Source of the DNA: Eledone cirrhosa
Taxonomy: Eukaryota
Assembly (NCBI GenBank): GCA_964016885.1
Contig: CAXHJY010000550.1
Span: 1-35,786, forward strand
Direction of reading: 5' to 3'
DNA: 35,786 nt
Under the pieces are notes generated by a model. That model ran no database searches and had not been told where the DNA came from. It saw nothing but the letters and a program-made list of their open reading frames with translations. Below are positions 13,850 to 25,980 of the stretch, in pieces (positions within the stretch are counted from its first letter, which is position 1; each line of letters begins with the position of its first letter). Made by a program: the position numbers and the translations under genes.

Positions 13850-15860
13850 AAGTAAAGAACACAGTAAATTAGAATTGGAGGCAGTAAACGAAATACTAAA
13901 CAATTATCTGAAGGCCAAACAGCCCAACATACGAAATCATTAACCTTTTTATATATGTCTTAGCTATCAGATTGCTAGTGTATCACAAACAGATGAAACT
14001 ATGCACTCGAGATACAAACAGCAATCTTGAACTAGCATGGGCACGTAACAGAAAAAATAAAATGTTGTTCCTGCGAAGAAGTATCTCAAAGATCATTTTA
14101 TTAAATGTAACTCACGGAACAATTTCACGTGAAATCAGGAGGACCTAAAAAAGAACTAGAGACTATTAAAACCCTAGACTGCAAATCAGCTGAAACAACA
14201 ATTCACAGCTACAGTTGAAAAACTAAACTATAAATATACAGTATATAAACTGCTATGCTCAATAGGTTATTTGCCAGAAGCCTCAAGTAAATCTATCTTC
14301 GCTTCAATGTAAAAGACACTCCAACGAAAGATCAGGTTGAAAGCTATTGGAGATTTGTATGGGATAACAAATGATGAATTCAATAAAACAAGCTGTATTG
14401 CTAAAAGAACTGGAGCATGACTACTGTCAACATATCCAGCAAATGCAATATCAAATAGATGACGCACTACTGAAAACAGCTCTACAGAATATGTCAAAAT
14501 TTGGTGGGTCCCAATGTGCATTTCTGACAATAAAACGTTAATAAGATGTCCCCTCCTCTAAAAACCTAAAAATAAATGGCTTAGCAATACAACCTCTACA
14601 GTCAGGCAACAATTATAGGTATCTTGGGCAGGATTTGAATGTCAGATATGATGGACACAAACACATGGAGTGGACAAAGAATTAATATTTCAGGAGAGTA
14701 TAGAGAATGTGGCCATGGGAACCCTCAGCGTACAACAAGCACATTGCCCATAATATCCATGCAGTACCCATCCTAACACCAACATTTAGCCTGCTGAACT
14801 GGTCATTGCAAGACCTGAACGAGGTGATTGTAAGGACTTGCAGGTGGCGCGGAGTTACTAGAAACTATAACACCAATGGGCGTGTGGCTAGGCTATATTT
14901 CTTACGCAAGTATGGTGGCTGATGCCTAAAATCCATATTAACATCATACGAGACCTGGATAATAACACTGAATCAACATCTTCAACAGAGGAAAAAGGTC
15001 AGCAGCCATCTTTCCCTATAATCATAATATTGTTAGGATATTATAATCTAAAAGAGCGACATGAAATAAAACAGTATACAAATCTTTCTGGAAGATCCTT
15101 TTCAATGTTCGAACAAAATTTTTAAAATGAGAAGGCTGTACATGGGTACTTGAGACGAAAAACCCAGATCATAGATGAGATAAGCCATACTAAAGGCCTA
15201 ACATTGAATTCCGACAAGTTCATAACGTTCCACCCCGAAGAATATCTGCAATCAGGGAACAGGAAATCCACACCAAGTACCTTTTGCACAAAAATGGAAA
15301 GTCATTAGTTGACAATAATTGTAGGCGGTGGATTGGCAGTATCGGTAGAGGGTCGGACGCCATGCTTTCCAGCATAGTTACGTCCCTTTACGATCTGAGT
15401 TCAAATCCCGCCGAGGTTGACTTTGCCTTTCATCCTTACGGGGTCGATAAAATAAAGTACCAGTAATGAACTGGGTAATTCCTGGCCTTGTGCCTAAAGT
15501 AGAAACAAATAATTGTAGGCTGTGCAAAACAAAGATTGAAGATGTTAGCCACATTATGGCCAACTGTGAAAGAATGTCTTCTCATTACTACGTTCTCGTG
15601 GGGCATGATCTGATAGCTAGAACGATCTAGAATGCATTACGGAAGACGAAAATCAAATCAAATAAGGAGGAATATGTTGAGACTGATAACTCATAGGAAG
15701 ACTGGTGGAACCTAAAAATGAAAACTGCCACTAATTTAAAGCACAACCGGCCTGATATTGTTGTTTAGGACCACACATTAATAACATGTTATGTTGTAGT
15801 AGTTAGCTGCCAACTTGATGTCAATGTGGTAAAAAAAATGCAAGAGAAGGAGCTACATAC
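13850..15860 (+). mobile_element. Degenerate R4/Dong-clade non-LTR retrotransposon (RLE type)
   Basis: Motifs in order: YRYLG (14614), NKHIAHNIHAVPIL..LNW, VARLYFLRKYGG, KAVHGY, AIREQEIHTKY, CRLC..E..SHI..NC zinc knuckle (15514), GHD, HNRPDIVV*D (15742), SC.LD.N..K..EK. Many stops and frameshifts; left boundary approximate. Confidence 0.8.
15327..15507 (+). mobile_element. tRNA-derived SINE family A, full length, with 13-bp TSD
   Basis: A-box TGGCAGTATCGG (15334), B-box GAGTTCAAATCC (15397) and core gcctttcatcct..ggggtcgataaa..agtaccag resembling the Deu/Nin domain. TSD AATAATTGTAGGC at 15314-26 and 15508-20. Confidence 0.9.
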
Positions 15861-16647
15861 AAAATGTTGCAAAGATTTCTATAATGTTCAAAGGAATATT
15901 TGAAATTTGCTTTTATTTCTTTAATCACTAATGAGACTAAACTTATGTTTTGAAATGATGCAATGAAGCTTTCGAAAATCAAAATCCACTTTAAGATGGT
16001 GCATTAAGATAAGCAAAAAATAAAATTCAATATTTCGAAGACACCGAATGAAAAGTTTGGGAAACATCCAGCCTTAATGCCTTTTTTTAAAGCCAGCATC
16101 CTTTTGGGGTTGATGAATGAGATAGCAGTCAATTATTGGGGTCTATTTCCCCCCGTCTGTCACTCTCTCAGTGTCTTTCACTATATTTCTCTCTCTTTCT
16201 CACCATCTCTCTCTCTCTCTCTCACCCTACCTGTCCTTCTCTCTCTTTCTCTCTCCCGCCCTCCAAATCGGCTATGTGAAGGAGCCAAGAATGGAGCGTT
16301 CACATTGTGACCCAAAAAATTATTTCAACGAATCACGAAAAGAAAAAAAGAAAAATCACTTATGCATGTTTTGGGGTTTGGGACATTGCATGAAAGATGA
16401 TACTTGATGACGAGTATCTCTATCGAAATAGTGTACACCACAAACTGGGTTGGTCGCTATCATACTATGGGAATAACAAGTGAAGTATATATTAACCAGA
16501 AAAACCAGGTGGGCATGCAATTCGTCAACTTGCATTTGTGACCAAGTGTCTCTGTCTGTTAGGCCTCCTTGATACCTTCAACAAACTGTAAATCTATGCG
16601 GGCGTGTAAGTATACATACATGTCTGTGTCTATATATGTAAATGCGC

Positions 16648-16732
16648 TCTGAGTTGAAATCCTGCCGGGATCAACTTTGCCACTCAACATTTCGAAGTCA
16701 GTAACAAAAGTACCAGTCCAATACTGGAGTCA
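16648..16732 (+). mobile_element. SINE family A, degenerate fragment
   Basis: tctgagttgaaatcctgccggg..caactttgcc..aaagtaccagt. Confidence 0.6.
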
Positions 16733-16913
16733 ACTCCTCTACTATAATTACTTCTCGCTTCCACACCCTCATTTCTTTCTCTCCTACTCTGAAAGAAACT
16801 GGTTGTGGGATCTGGTGGTCGAGGCACATCATATGTCACTTCGGCATCCCAACGATCCCATCCAGAGTTACGGGCACACATGGGTATACATACACATATG
16901 TAAATATAAATAC

Positions 16914-17230
16914 GTGAAAGTGTGTAGCTTAGTGGTAAGGGTGTCCGGCTCACGATGGTAAGATCTTGAGTTCCATCCGTGATGGATCATTGTGTTCTTA
17001 AGCAAAACACTTTAGTTCACGTTTCACCAGTCCATTCAGCCGGCAAAAATGAGTTCAAATGCCGGCCTTGTCCCACATTGTGTCATGCTGAACTCCTCTG
17101 AGAGCTACAGTAACTGTACACGTGCCTGTGGAATGCTCAGCCACATGAACTACAATTTTATGAGTAGGTCTTTTCGTGGTTCGAACAACTGGAACAGTCG
17201 TCATCGGAACGGACGGACGTCCAACATGCA
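16914..17230 (+). mobile_element. SINE family B copy
   Basis: Colinear with 10832-11160 (ccagtccattcagccggcaaaaatgagt; aacaactggaacagtcgtcatcggaac). Confidence 0.8.
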
Positions 17231-17439
17231 CACAAATATGAATATTCATATGATAGTAATATGATGCAAATACACTATTGTGCGTGTATGTGTGTGTGTG
17301 GAAATATGTGTGCGAGAATGCGTAATATTATTTAGTTAGTACAAAGGCTGCTAGGAGTTTACATTCCACCAGGTGTCAACATTGCTTTTCATTAATCAAA
17401 AGCCATATATCGTGTGTGTATATGCGTGATTATTGCACG

Positions 17440-17650
17440 ATTCCCGGCTTTATTCCATATTGCTCTAATCTACACTGTTGGAAAATATGAGTTGTCTTAA
17501 AGGTAACCGTATCACACTTGTCATGTCCAACCTCCCACACGTGTCTGTGAAATATTCAACTACTTGTATGTTAATTCCCCGAGCAGACTGTTCCGTTCAT
17601 CAAATAACTGGAATTCCCGTCGTCAGAACCAACAGAGATTCAACACCAAC
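17440..17650 (+). mobile_element. SINE family B, degenerate 3' part
   Basis: ctgttccgttcatcaaataactggaattcccgtcgtcagaacc matches the family B tail. Confidence 0.6.
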
Positions 17651-19451
17651 ATAGTATGCTGTGTATGCTTGTTTTGGTTTGCTGTGTATGCATATGCGAA
17701 ATCTTTCATACAGCTTTTTGATCCACCTACGCCCGATATGTTCTATGGAATCTTTGGATAGTTTTTGTAGCTTGTCAAAATTTGCTTCGCACTACGTTTC
17801 TTAGAAGAAGGAGACACTGCGATTGGTTCTCAAATATCTTCTCTCAATGCAGCGTAAGCTGACCCTGAGATAGGAGAGCCGTTAGAAGGGTTAAACATCA
17901 AGTATAAATGAAGCTGAAGGAGAATGTTATGGCAATATGCCGTTAGAAGTTGTGAATCAGCAGAGTTAAGCAGTAAGTTGAGGTTTGTTGAAGGAGTTTA
18001 GAGATATGACACCTAACAATGTGATGCATTTTAACTTTGTGTTGTCAACAGACCCCCAGGATATATTCTATGAGTTATTCTTATATGAAATGGCAATAAG
18101 AACGTGAAAGCCACTTTAGCGTAACGATGCTTAGAATCATTTACAACATCAGATTTATTACGAAAACGTTTTCATTTCAAACGTTGTTGATTTTAAAATG
18201 AAACAGAAGCAGAGAAGTGGAAATAATTGCAGACAAAGAAAACAAAATATAATAGAAAGATACATTGTATGCAATGGAGATATGCAATCTAAGACAGATA
18301 TGGTTAGTTGTTTGGCTGGATGGTAGTAATAGTAAACGTCATTGTCAGATAGGTTTTAAAAAGAAAAATATATATGATAATAAAACAAATAACCACAAAG
18401 AAATTGAGAAGGTATGAAAGAGGAGGAATACAGAGAAAAGGAAAAAAAACATAAAAAAGTATGATGAACAGAAGAAGGAAAAATTAAGAAGAAACGTTTG
18501 GAAACTGAAAAGAGCAGACGATAACTAAGAGATAGAACAAAGAAAGGACTGAAGCGATTAGAGATGTAAAAAAATAGTAAATTTAAAGCATTAGATAACA
18601 TTTGTGGAAAATAGATAAAGGAGACGGAAGATAGGTTGGCTGTCCCGTTCCTTCTGATATATCGACCATGCCTGTGATGAGCATGCAGATGTTATACAAG
18701 TCTAATGTGTGAAAAACAGATCTAGGGACGAATCGGACATGGATGAAAATTCACATTGTTACTGATGGGTGACTGAATTCGACAATAATGAATTGTTTCC
18801 CTTCGATCGTCTCGTTGCCTACTGCATTCGGCTTTGAAATGTTGTTCACCATCATATACAACTGTTTTTCACAGTGTTGATTTCATAGCGAATCTTGTGC
18901 AGGAATTGCACAGATTGTAAGTAATCGTTTCAGTTGGTCTTTTCAACGAGAACACTTTGTTGATTCAGCATATAGCACTGTCCTTGACTGGTGGAATTCA
19001 TCCATACGGATTACCTGCTCAGTCAAGCGGCAACTGCGCTTTGTGATCATTATTTCAACGCTAATGGATTGCGCACACCTGGGAATTTCGGTATTAAAAA
19101 GGGATGTTTCATAAAGAGGAAATGAATTACACACACACACACAAACACACACACATATACATATATATATATATATACATATACTCACGCATACACATAC
19201 ACGTACACCCGCACATACACACACCATTTGAAGAATGTGTGTGTGTAAGGGTGTAGATATTTTCTCATAATGATAGTGGATCCACTGTTGGTTTTAACAG
19301 TGAGCATTCAATTGTTTGATCAACTCAACGTCCAGCTAGTAAAATGAAGCTTTAAATGGTTTAGTATTTCACAGAGGCGTGTAACCATAACATAATTTTC
19401 AAGACAAATAAGCAACAAAGCAATAGGATAAAACTGTAGAATTCATCCTTC

Positions 19452-19600
19452 GGGCTTCCATAAAGGTTTCGTCATCGACTTTTCGCTCAATAATATCTTT
19501 GAGTTAACCCGAAGCTATGTTACAGACACTTACTTTCCCAATGTTCCAGACAGTTCAATTGAACCCGGATCCATCTTATTTCTTACCCACTCAGCCATGC
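19452..19600 (-). mobile_element. SINE family C, degenerate
   Basis: Reverse complement resembles 21885-22037 (aagtgtc..catagc.tcgggtt.ac...aagcccg). Confidence 0.55.
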
Positions 19601-20376
19601 ATGGCGTTCAATCTGATTATATATAATTGAGTTAACAATGTTACGACAACGCTACAGTCTGAATAATTTTCGGTTAATCGGCGTGGGCTGATTTGGTCAT
19701 AAATAATGAGAGATGGGGAGAGCGGGAGAGACGCAGGTTTTGACAGTGGAAGTTTGGTTCCTCTGTTTTCGGACCTGGTGTACATGTGTGTCTGACTGAT
19801 TTGATCGTCATTTTTTTTTCTCCTTATATATATATATACAATATGTAATTCTTTCACTATTAACACGTGGTTCAAATCGGAGCAATGTGTGTGTGAATAT
19901 GTGACGAGCAAGCGTGGAAAAAACATTTCTTTTGAAACGATTATCTGATCCTCATTTATTTGAGACACAATTCCCAAGCCTAATAACCTTTGCAAAATAT
20001 ATGACACGGCTGCGCCTTTTAATTACAGCCATGATTCATTCGACTACTTTCTACATAGCTTGTATTGTGATGATGAATGCCCTTTTTGTACACAGAAAAA
20101 AGGTAATTCCCAGAGACAAACATAATTTTTTCAAAACCCATGATTTATCGCCGCTAACCATACAATATCAACTTTTATTTATGTAACCTTAAAGTTGACA
20201 AATTCTTAACACTACCAATTCCATTAACAGAATGAAACGTTAAAATATCTAAACAAATTATGTAAATATCGTCCGAAAATCTTCAATAATTATCTAATGA
20301 TGACTATATGTACTTTAGTGATGACTTCGTTAAATCTTCGACTGTTTTCAAGTCCAGCAATCGCAAGTGTGGGAAG

Positions 20377-20422
20377 GATCGTCTTGATGAGGATCAGTTA
20401 AGTCCGAAATGCATCGATGATT
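20377..20422 (+). ncRNA. Minimal type I hammerhead ribozyme motif
   Basis: GATCGTC-TTGATGA-GGAT-CAGTTAA-GTCC-GAAA-TGCA-TC-GATGATT: 7-bp stem I (two G-U), 4-bp stem II, palindromic ATGCAT stem III, AUC site. Position 3 is U. Confidence 0.7.
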
Positions 20423-21884
20423 GTCCAAGAGGACATAGCTACGGCTTTCTAAATGTTTACCCTTAAACATACCGTGTTTCTTTAGAAATATGAAATGTCT
20501 ATACATATCTGTATACAGCTATGCTTGAAGCTAAATCCTAAATGTTTAGAAAAATGTCCACAAATAGTATGAAACAATATATAAAATAAAAGATGAAGAA
20601 ATATAAGACAGTACAATCCTCCATATAACTTTCTGGTCATGGCACCAATACAGCTTACCAGTCACAGCAAAATATTTTTACTTACAACATTAATATTGTA
20701 AATTTTTAAGCTGAGATGTTATAAATATATTCTATTTTAACACCGAATTTTGCTCACATATCCCGAAACTAAATAAACTAAAATGCTAAACTAAATAAAC
20801 CTAATATGATCCCTATCACTAACAACTGTATCTGTCAAACCTGGGAAAATTTGACCTTAGATAATAAATGATTGAAAAAAGACATAATTTCAATGTCAAA
20901 TACAACCAAACAATGCTACCCAAGCATATATAAGGCTAACTTTCAACCAATTTACAATCCGTATAAATCAAGTTGTCTATACTTCCCAACAGTAAAGACA
21001 CTTTGTATTCAAGTTATATGTGGGCATCAAATAACAAGATCATGAATTATAGATTAAAATGTCACCTCATATCAAAAGCCGACTAAACCGACAACGACAC
21101 TTTCACAAATAGAGATTCTTTAGTCAAGCTTTGCTGACTCCATTGACAACTCTTTAACTCAGTTGTCTCTCTATGGTGAGTGACTATGCCTTTCCTCTGA
21201 CCTAGATGAGAGAAGTGTAAGACTTAAATCAGTCCAGGCTAAGATTATCAAACTATCGCATTATCGGAAAAAACAAACCCGTGCTATTACTATAAGTGAG
21301 TAACTGTGAAATAGGACATGTATATATTTCTGAATGGATGAATTATTTATTCATCTCATAAGAGCCAGTATCAATTATCTATTTTGGGAAAGTATGTTTT
21401 CTTGAAGCATTCTTTTTATAACATACCTTAAAATTCACAGAAAAATACAGTAAAGTTTAAAAACTAGCTCTGGAAGAATCATGCATTCTAAAGATAGCCT
21501 CCAATTAAACGTCACATTAAAATTTCAAAACTTTCCTAAATAAACAATTTATGTATAAAGCTCAAAGGCCTACTTAAAAATCAAGGTCTACTTAAAACGC
21601 AAAGGAATATAAAAGCACAAATACGTTATACTTGATATAAGGTCCTTTGAAATGTAAAAATGCATCCCAAATTATATTGATCTAATTATACATCATGAAT
21701 TATAATATTTTGTGAGTTGTAGCGCTGGGCATAAAGTCAACAATAATATAATTACTATTTCAAATATCCACTGTCTATTTTATTCAACACGCCTTCTCCA
21801 GTTGTGCGGTAAAGATTTGAGCTCTGTTCTTTCTTTAGGTGAAATTTTAAGCTACATATCCTTCTCTGTCCTGAACGTATCATA

Positions 21885-22200
21885 GCCGAATGATTAAGAA
21901 CTTTTCTTTACAATCACTAGGTCCCAAATTGGATCCTACTGCCTGGTATTTGGGGAAAGTGTCTTTTACCATAGTGTCGGGTTGACCCATACTTTGTGAA
22001 TGAAATTGAGTAGATGGAAACTATTTAGAAGCCCGTTTGGGTGGACTGTATCTCTAATTCAAATGAGCAGCCATGTCCCGCAAGTGTTAAGCTGAATCTT
22101 CCTGAAAATTATATTTAAAGTATATGTAATTTTTCATGAACAGGTTGTTCCGTTAATCAAAAAAATGGAACGCTCATTGTTGAAACCAACTGAGGTCTAT
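21885..22200 (+). mobile_element. SINE family C followed by a family B 3' fragment
   Basis: tRNA-like head, then aaagtgtcttttaccatag..ggaaac..gaagcccgt (to 22037), then gctgaatct..gttccgtt..ggaacgctc of family B. Confidence 0.6.
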
Positions 22201-22678
22201 TCCAGCGTTCTCTCTAGGTCATCTCAAGACACATTGAACTGTCATAAGAGACTTCCAGTCGTAACCATCCCTTCGCAAATAATGAAATATTTCACAGTAT
22301 ATTGGTTAGAATTTCAAAGCATTACAAGGTTAGTATTTATTGGCTGTTTATGTGTCTTTCGCTAGAGAGATGCTATCTTAAAATGGCCAGTCAAAAGCTA
22401 TCCCTCTTTTAAAATAGTCAATACTCTTCCCTGTGAAACCAATTGCCAATAGTATTCATTCTCTCTTTGAATCGATGTTCACATAGGTAACAAACATATA
22501 TTTCACATATAACCCACTCACTATCTAAATCCCACCTTCTTCACATTTAATGCAATAAAATATGAGGGAAATTTTCAACTACTTTTCGTTGCTATAGTGA
22601 GCTCGAAGGAGCGTAACAATACTACTTTTGTGGCAATCGACTATGATTTTATTTTAGTTATACATACACACATAAATG

Positions 22679-22721
<43 letters not shown>

Positions 22722-22730
<9 letters not shown>

Positions 22731-23115
22731 TAAAAAAATAATGAATAAAACAATGAAACAGTTCCTTATATTAAACAAAAAAAGTTCATTATTTAACGAT
22801 CGTTTCTAGGACATATATGTGTTAGAATTGGCATGCATATTCAACAGATCTATGTACAAAATTATACAAAATTATACAAACTATCAAATTTAATATACAT
22901 ACCAACACATACATATGCCGTCTTCAGAAATAATCCATAAGGAACTGTTTCATTGTTTTATTCATTATTTTTTTAATATTTTATCTTGACTCTGTATTCC
23001 GTTTATCTTTCACCGAAAGTGATTTTTGAATGCATCTCTTCTTTCCATGATATCCGGATTACATTGAGTTCTTCATGCGGATTGGACACTACCGTAAACT
23101 CTTGGTAGATTTATC

Positions 23116-23118
<3 letters not shown>
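22722..23118. mobile_element. HHR-bearing Penelope pLTR-like element with inverted tail
   Basis: Perfect 48-bp inverted repeat (22722-22769 / 22937-22984) enclosing an HHR; (TA)n tracts on both outer sides. Confidence 0.75.
22789..22933 (-). ncRNA. Type I hammerhead ribozyme with long stem II
   Basis: Minus strand: TTATTT-CTGAAGA-CGGCATATGTATGTGTTGG...CTAACACATATATGTCCTA-GAAAC-GATC-GTT-AAATAA. 6-bp stem I and palindromic GATC loop III. Confidence 0.8.
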
Positions 23119-23181
<63 letters not shown>

Positions 23182-23185
23182 TATA

Positions 23186-23259
<74 letters not shown>

Positions 23260-23519
23260 TAGGCTTGCGTGTAAAAAAAAAAATGTGTGTGTAAGTTTAT
23301 ATTTGTCTGTGTCTATGTATGAGTTATGCTATAGAAATGTATTGCAGTTTTAGATATTTCGGCTTTCTTCGTAAGATTTCATGAAAAGTTGGGGGTGAGA
23401 GTCAATTAGATGAAATTTTATGTTCACTTCTATGTAGATTTAGTCGGCTTCCTATTAGGCTGCTTCTCAAAGAAGGTTTTTGGGGTGCTTTAATGATAGG
23501 TGGAAGAGTCTTATCAGAT

Positions 23520-23625
23520 AAACAAAGCGTCATGCTCAAGAACATAATGCATCGCCCAGTCTAGGAATGGAACTCACGACCTTATTATTGTGAGTTGAAC
23601 ACTCTAACGTATAGGCAATACGCGC
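23520..23625 (-). mobile_element. SINE family B head fragment
   Basis: Reverse complement gcgcgt..gttagagtgttcaactcac..gtgagttccattcc. Confidence 0.6.
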
Positions 23626-23795
23626 TGAACTAAAATTGATTGCATCAACTTTTAGATATCTTCATTTTAAAGATGAAGCTTTGTTCACGTGAATGTGTGC
23701 TTCTGTAACCAGGACCAACATGATTGGCGTAGACTTCACAACCGGAATTTGATGTTTTGAACGTTGAATTTATAATAATAAAAAAAAACATTATT

Positions 23796-23856
23796 CATAA
23801 TATAAGTCCATCTAGGTCTTGTGCTTATATAAGAAACCATAATATAAGTCCATCTA
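23796..23856 (+). mobile_element. 23-bp SINE A tail insertion with 19-bp TSD
   Basis: CATAATATAAGTCCATCTA at 23796-23814 and 23838-23856 flanks ggtcttgtgcttatataagaaac. Confidence 0.7.
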
Positions 23857-24590
23857 TGTCATGGACCCTGGACTCCTAGTGGAATTGTGGTGGCACTGCC
23901 ATGACATTCTCCTGGGTATTAAAACTTAGTGTAGTGGAGCCCATCCATCTCCAAGTCTGAACACAGCCAACTTTCAGAGAGAGGGAGAGTGAGTTCAAGC
24001 CCATCGGGCCTCTTTAGCCTCAGTACCCCCATCCCAGTAACTTACAGATAGCATTCGCCGATTACGCTATACTAACTATTCATAGCAGCTGTATTAGACC
24101 CCAGGGATGTGGTATTAATCTTTTTCTAAATTTTCAATAATTCTCCACTAGCAACTCTTTCTATAGCTTTGGCCGAAATAGCTGCACCAACTAAATATAG
24201 CAGCTATGTTAGACTCCTTAGTTTTTGTTTTATTTCAATTCTTACATTCTGATACATCTTTCTCTCATTTTTTATTATATTCTTTTTTAGTATATTTTTT
24301 CTTTGTCCCCTAATAGCATTTGATTTACTATTTCTATAACGTCCCTCCTCCACTTTCTAAAGAAACCTTTTTTCGCTAACCTCCTCTAGCCAACTTTCAT
24401 ACATATTCCTTAGAATTTGCCGTGGAGATCTCACCTTCTACGCTTGACCGGCTCTACCCACTCCCCTATCGTTCTACAGGCAAGTTAGCCATCCCTACTC
24501 CGCACTCACTGCCATGATAAGCTTTTTCTGTGTCTGCTACTAATTTTGACCAATCCTCTTGACAACAACAATCTTCCCATATAAGGAAGT

Positions 24591-24689
24591 ACCCCTTGAA
24601 AAGTTCGGCTATTTATTTACCAGACTGAAAAAACTCTTACTTTAGTCCAAAAATAGCCGTCGAAACGGCTTGAGCTCTGCCGTTGGGGT
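24591..24689 (+). ncRNA. Type I hammerhead ribozyme with U3-A8 variant core
   Basis: ACCCC-TTGAAAA-GTTCGGCTATTT...AAATAGCCGTC-GAAA-CGGC-TTGAGCTCT-GCCG-TT-GGGGT. All three helices form; the element tail runs to 24783, then (TA)n. Confidence 0.75.
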
Positions 24690-24831
24690 CATACTTTCTC
24701 CTATTATCCACTCTACTACCCTAAGTATTGAGTACTCTGGTGCGTTATGGTCCATCTGGTTCCTTACCACAACTCCTTCGTTATATATATATAAATAGTA
24801 ATAATAATAAATTTGAAGACTAAAATCCAAA

Positions 24832-24884
24832 GAGTTTCAGAAGATCCCGTTAGGGGTGAAAGCAGCGATTCTTTGCTTAAACTT
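24832..24884 (+). ncRNA. Degenerate type I hammerhead ribozyme
   Basis: GAGTTT-CAGAAGA-TCCC-GTTA-GGGGT-GAAA-GCA..TGC-TT-AAACTT. Core U4>A. Confidence 0.6.
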
Positions 24885-24894
24885 TAATCTGTTA

Positions 24895-24938
<44 letters not shown>

Positions 24939-25139
24939 TATGTATACGTACATACATATATGTATACAGACGTACAATAGTATGTATATATATACATACA
25001 TGTGCACATATATAAATGTACGTACGGATTTACCGAACATTTATTATAATGCTTGGTTTGTTTGTAAACAAACAACCCGAATTAAGCCGAACAGTGTTTA
25101 GCAACCATCGTTCCCCTTTTGTTCAACACTGACAAAGGA

Positions 25140-25182
25140 ACGATGTACTAGTTTCAAGCTTATTAGCTATCGTCAGCATCGT
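25140..25182 (-). ncRNA. Minimal type I hammerhead ribozyme, unit A
   Basis: ACGATG-CTGACGA-T-AGCT-AATA-AGCT-T-GAAA-CTA-GTA-CATCGT. Confidence 0.88.
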
Positions 25183-25571
25183 ATACCTTCCTGCCAGATG
25201 ATTGAAAGTCTGAAAGTATATACTTTCCTTATGCATATTAATGACTGAGCAGCCTAATTTGCATATCGAGTGAGTTAATCGACCGGGCGCACCGAAAATG
25301 ATAAATGGGAAAAATTAAACGAAATTTCATTTCTCACTCTTAGTACGGCTGTTACTTAAATATAAGTATGTATACGTACATACATATATGTATACAGACG
25401 TACAGTAGTATGTATATATATACATACATGCATGCACACATATACATATGTACGTACGGATTTACCGAACATTTATTATAATGCTCGGTTTGTTTGTAAA
25501 CAAACATCCCGAATTAAGCCGTACAGTGTTTAGCAACCACCGTTGTCCTTTTGTTCAACACTGACAAAGGA

Positions 25572-25615
25572 ACGATGTACTAGTTTCTCAGCTTATTAGC
25601 TATCGTCAGCACCGT
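25572..25615 (-). ncRNA. Minimal type I hammerhead ribozyme, unit B
   Basis: ACGGTG-CTGACGA-T-AGCT-AATA-AGCT-GA-GAAA-CTA-GTA-CATCGT; 1 nt longer before GAAA. Confidence 0.82.
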
Positions 25616-25980
25616 ATACCTTCCTGCCAGATGATTGAACGTCTGAAAGTATATACTTTCCTTATGCATATTAACGGCTGAGCAGCTTAATTTGCATATC
25701 GAGTGAGTTAATCGGCCGGGCGCACCGAAAACGATAAATGGAAAAAATGAAACGAAATTTCATTTCTCACTCTTAGTACGGCTTTTAATTAAATATAAGT
25801 ATGTATACGTACATACATATATGTATACATATATGAAATTTCGTTTCATTTTTTCCATTTATCGTTTTCAGTACGCCCGGCCGATTAACTCACTCGATAT
25901 GCAAATTAGGCTGCTCAGCCGTTAATATGCATAAGGAAAGTATATACTTTCAGACGTTCAATCATCTGGCAGGAAGGTAT

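Noticed and set aside
15327-15410. tRNA gene
   Set aside because: The A and B boxes belong to a SINE head; no cloverleaf, and it continues into a SINE core and tail.
16400-16440. TTGATGA...GAAA motif
   Set aside because: Stem II is not adjacent to the core and there is no stem I.
18640-19120. Possible decayed Tc1/mariner transposase on the minus strand
   Set aside because: No diagnostic motif could be recovered by eye.
23860-24140. Possible GIY-YIG C-terminus upstream of the 24591 HHR
   Set aside because: Only a loose IRPQGCGIN resemblance; no GIY/YIG motifs found.
24171-24210. GAAA followed by an 8-bp hairpin (ATAGCTGC/GCAGCTAT)
   Set aside because: No recognisable 5' core, and G occupies the cleavage position; at best a heavily decayed HHR.
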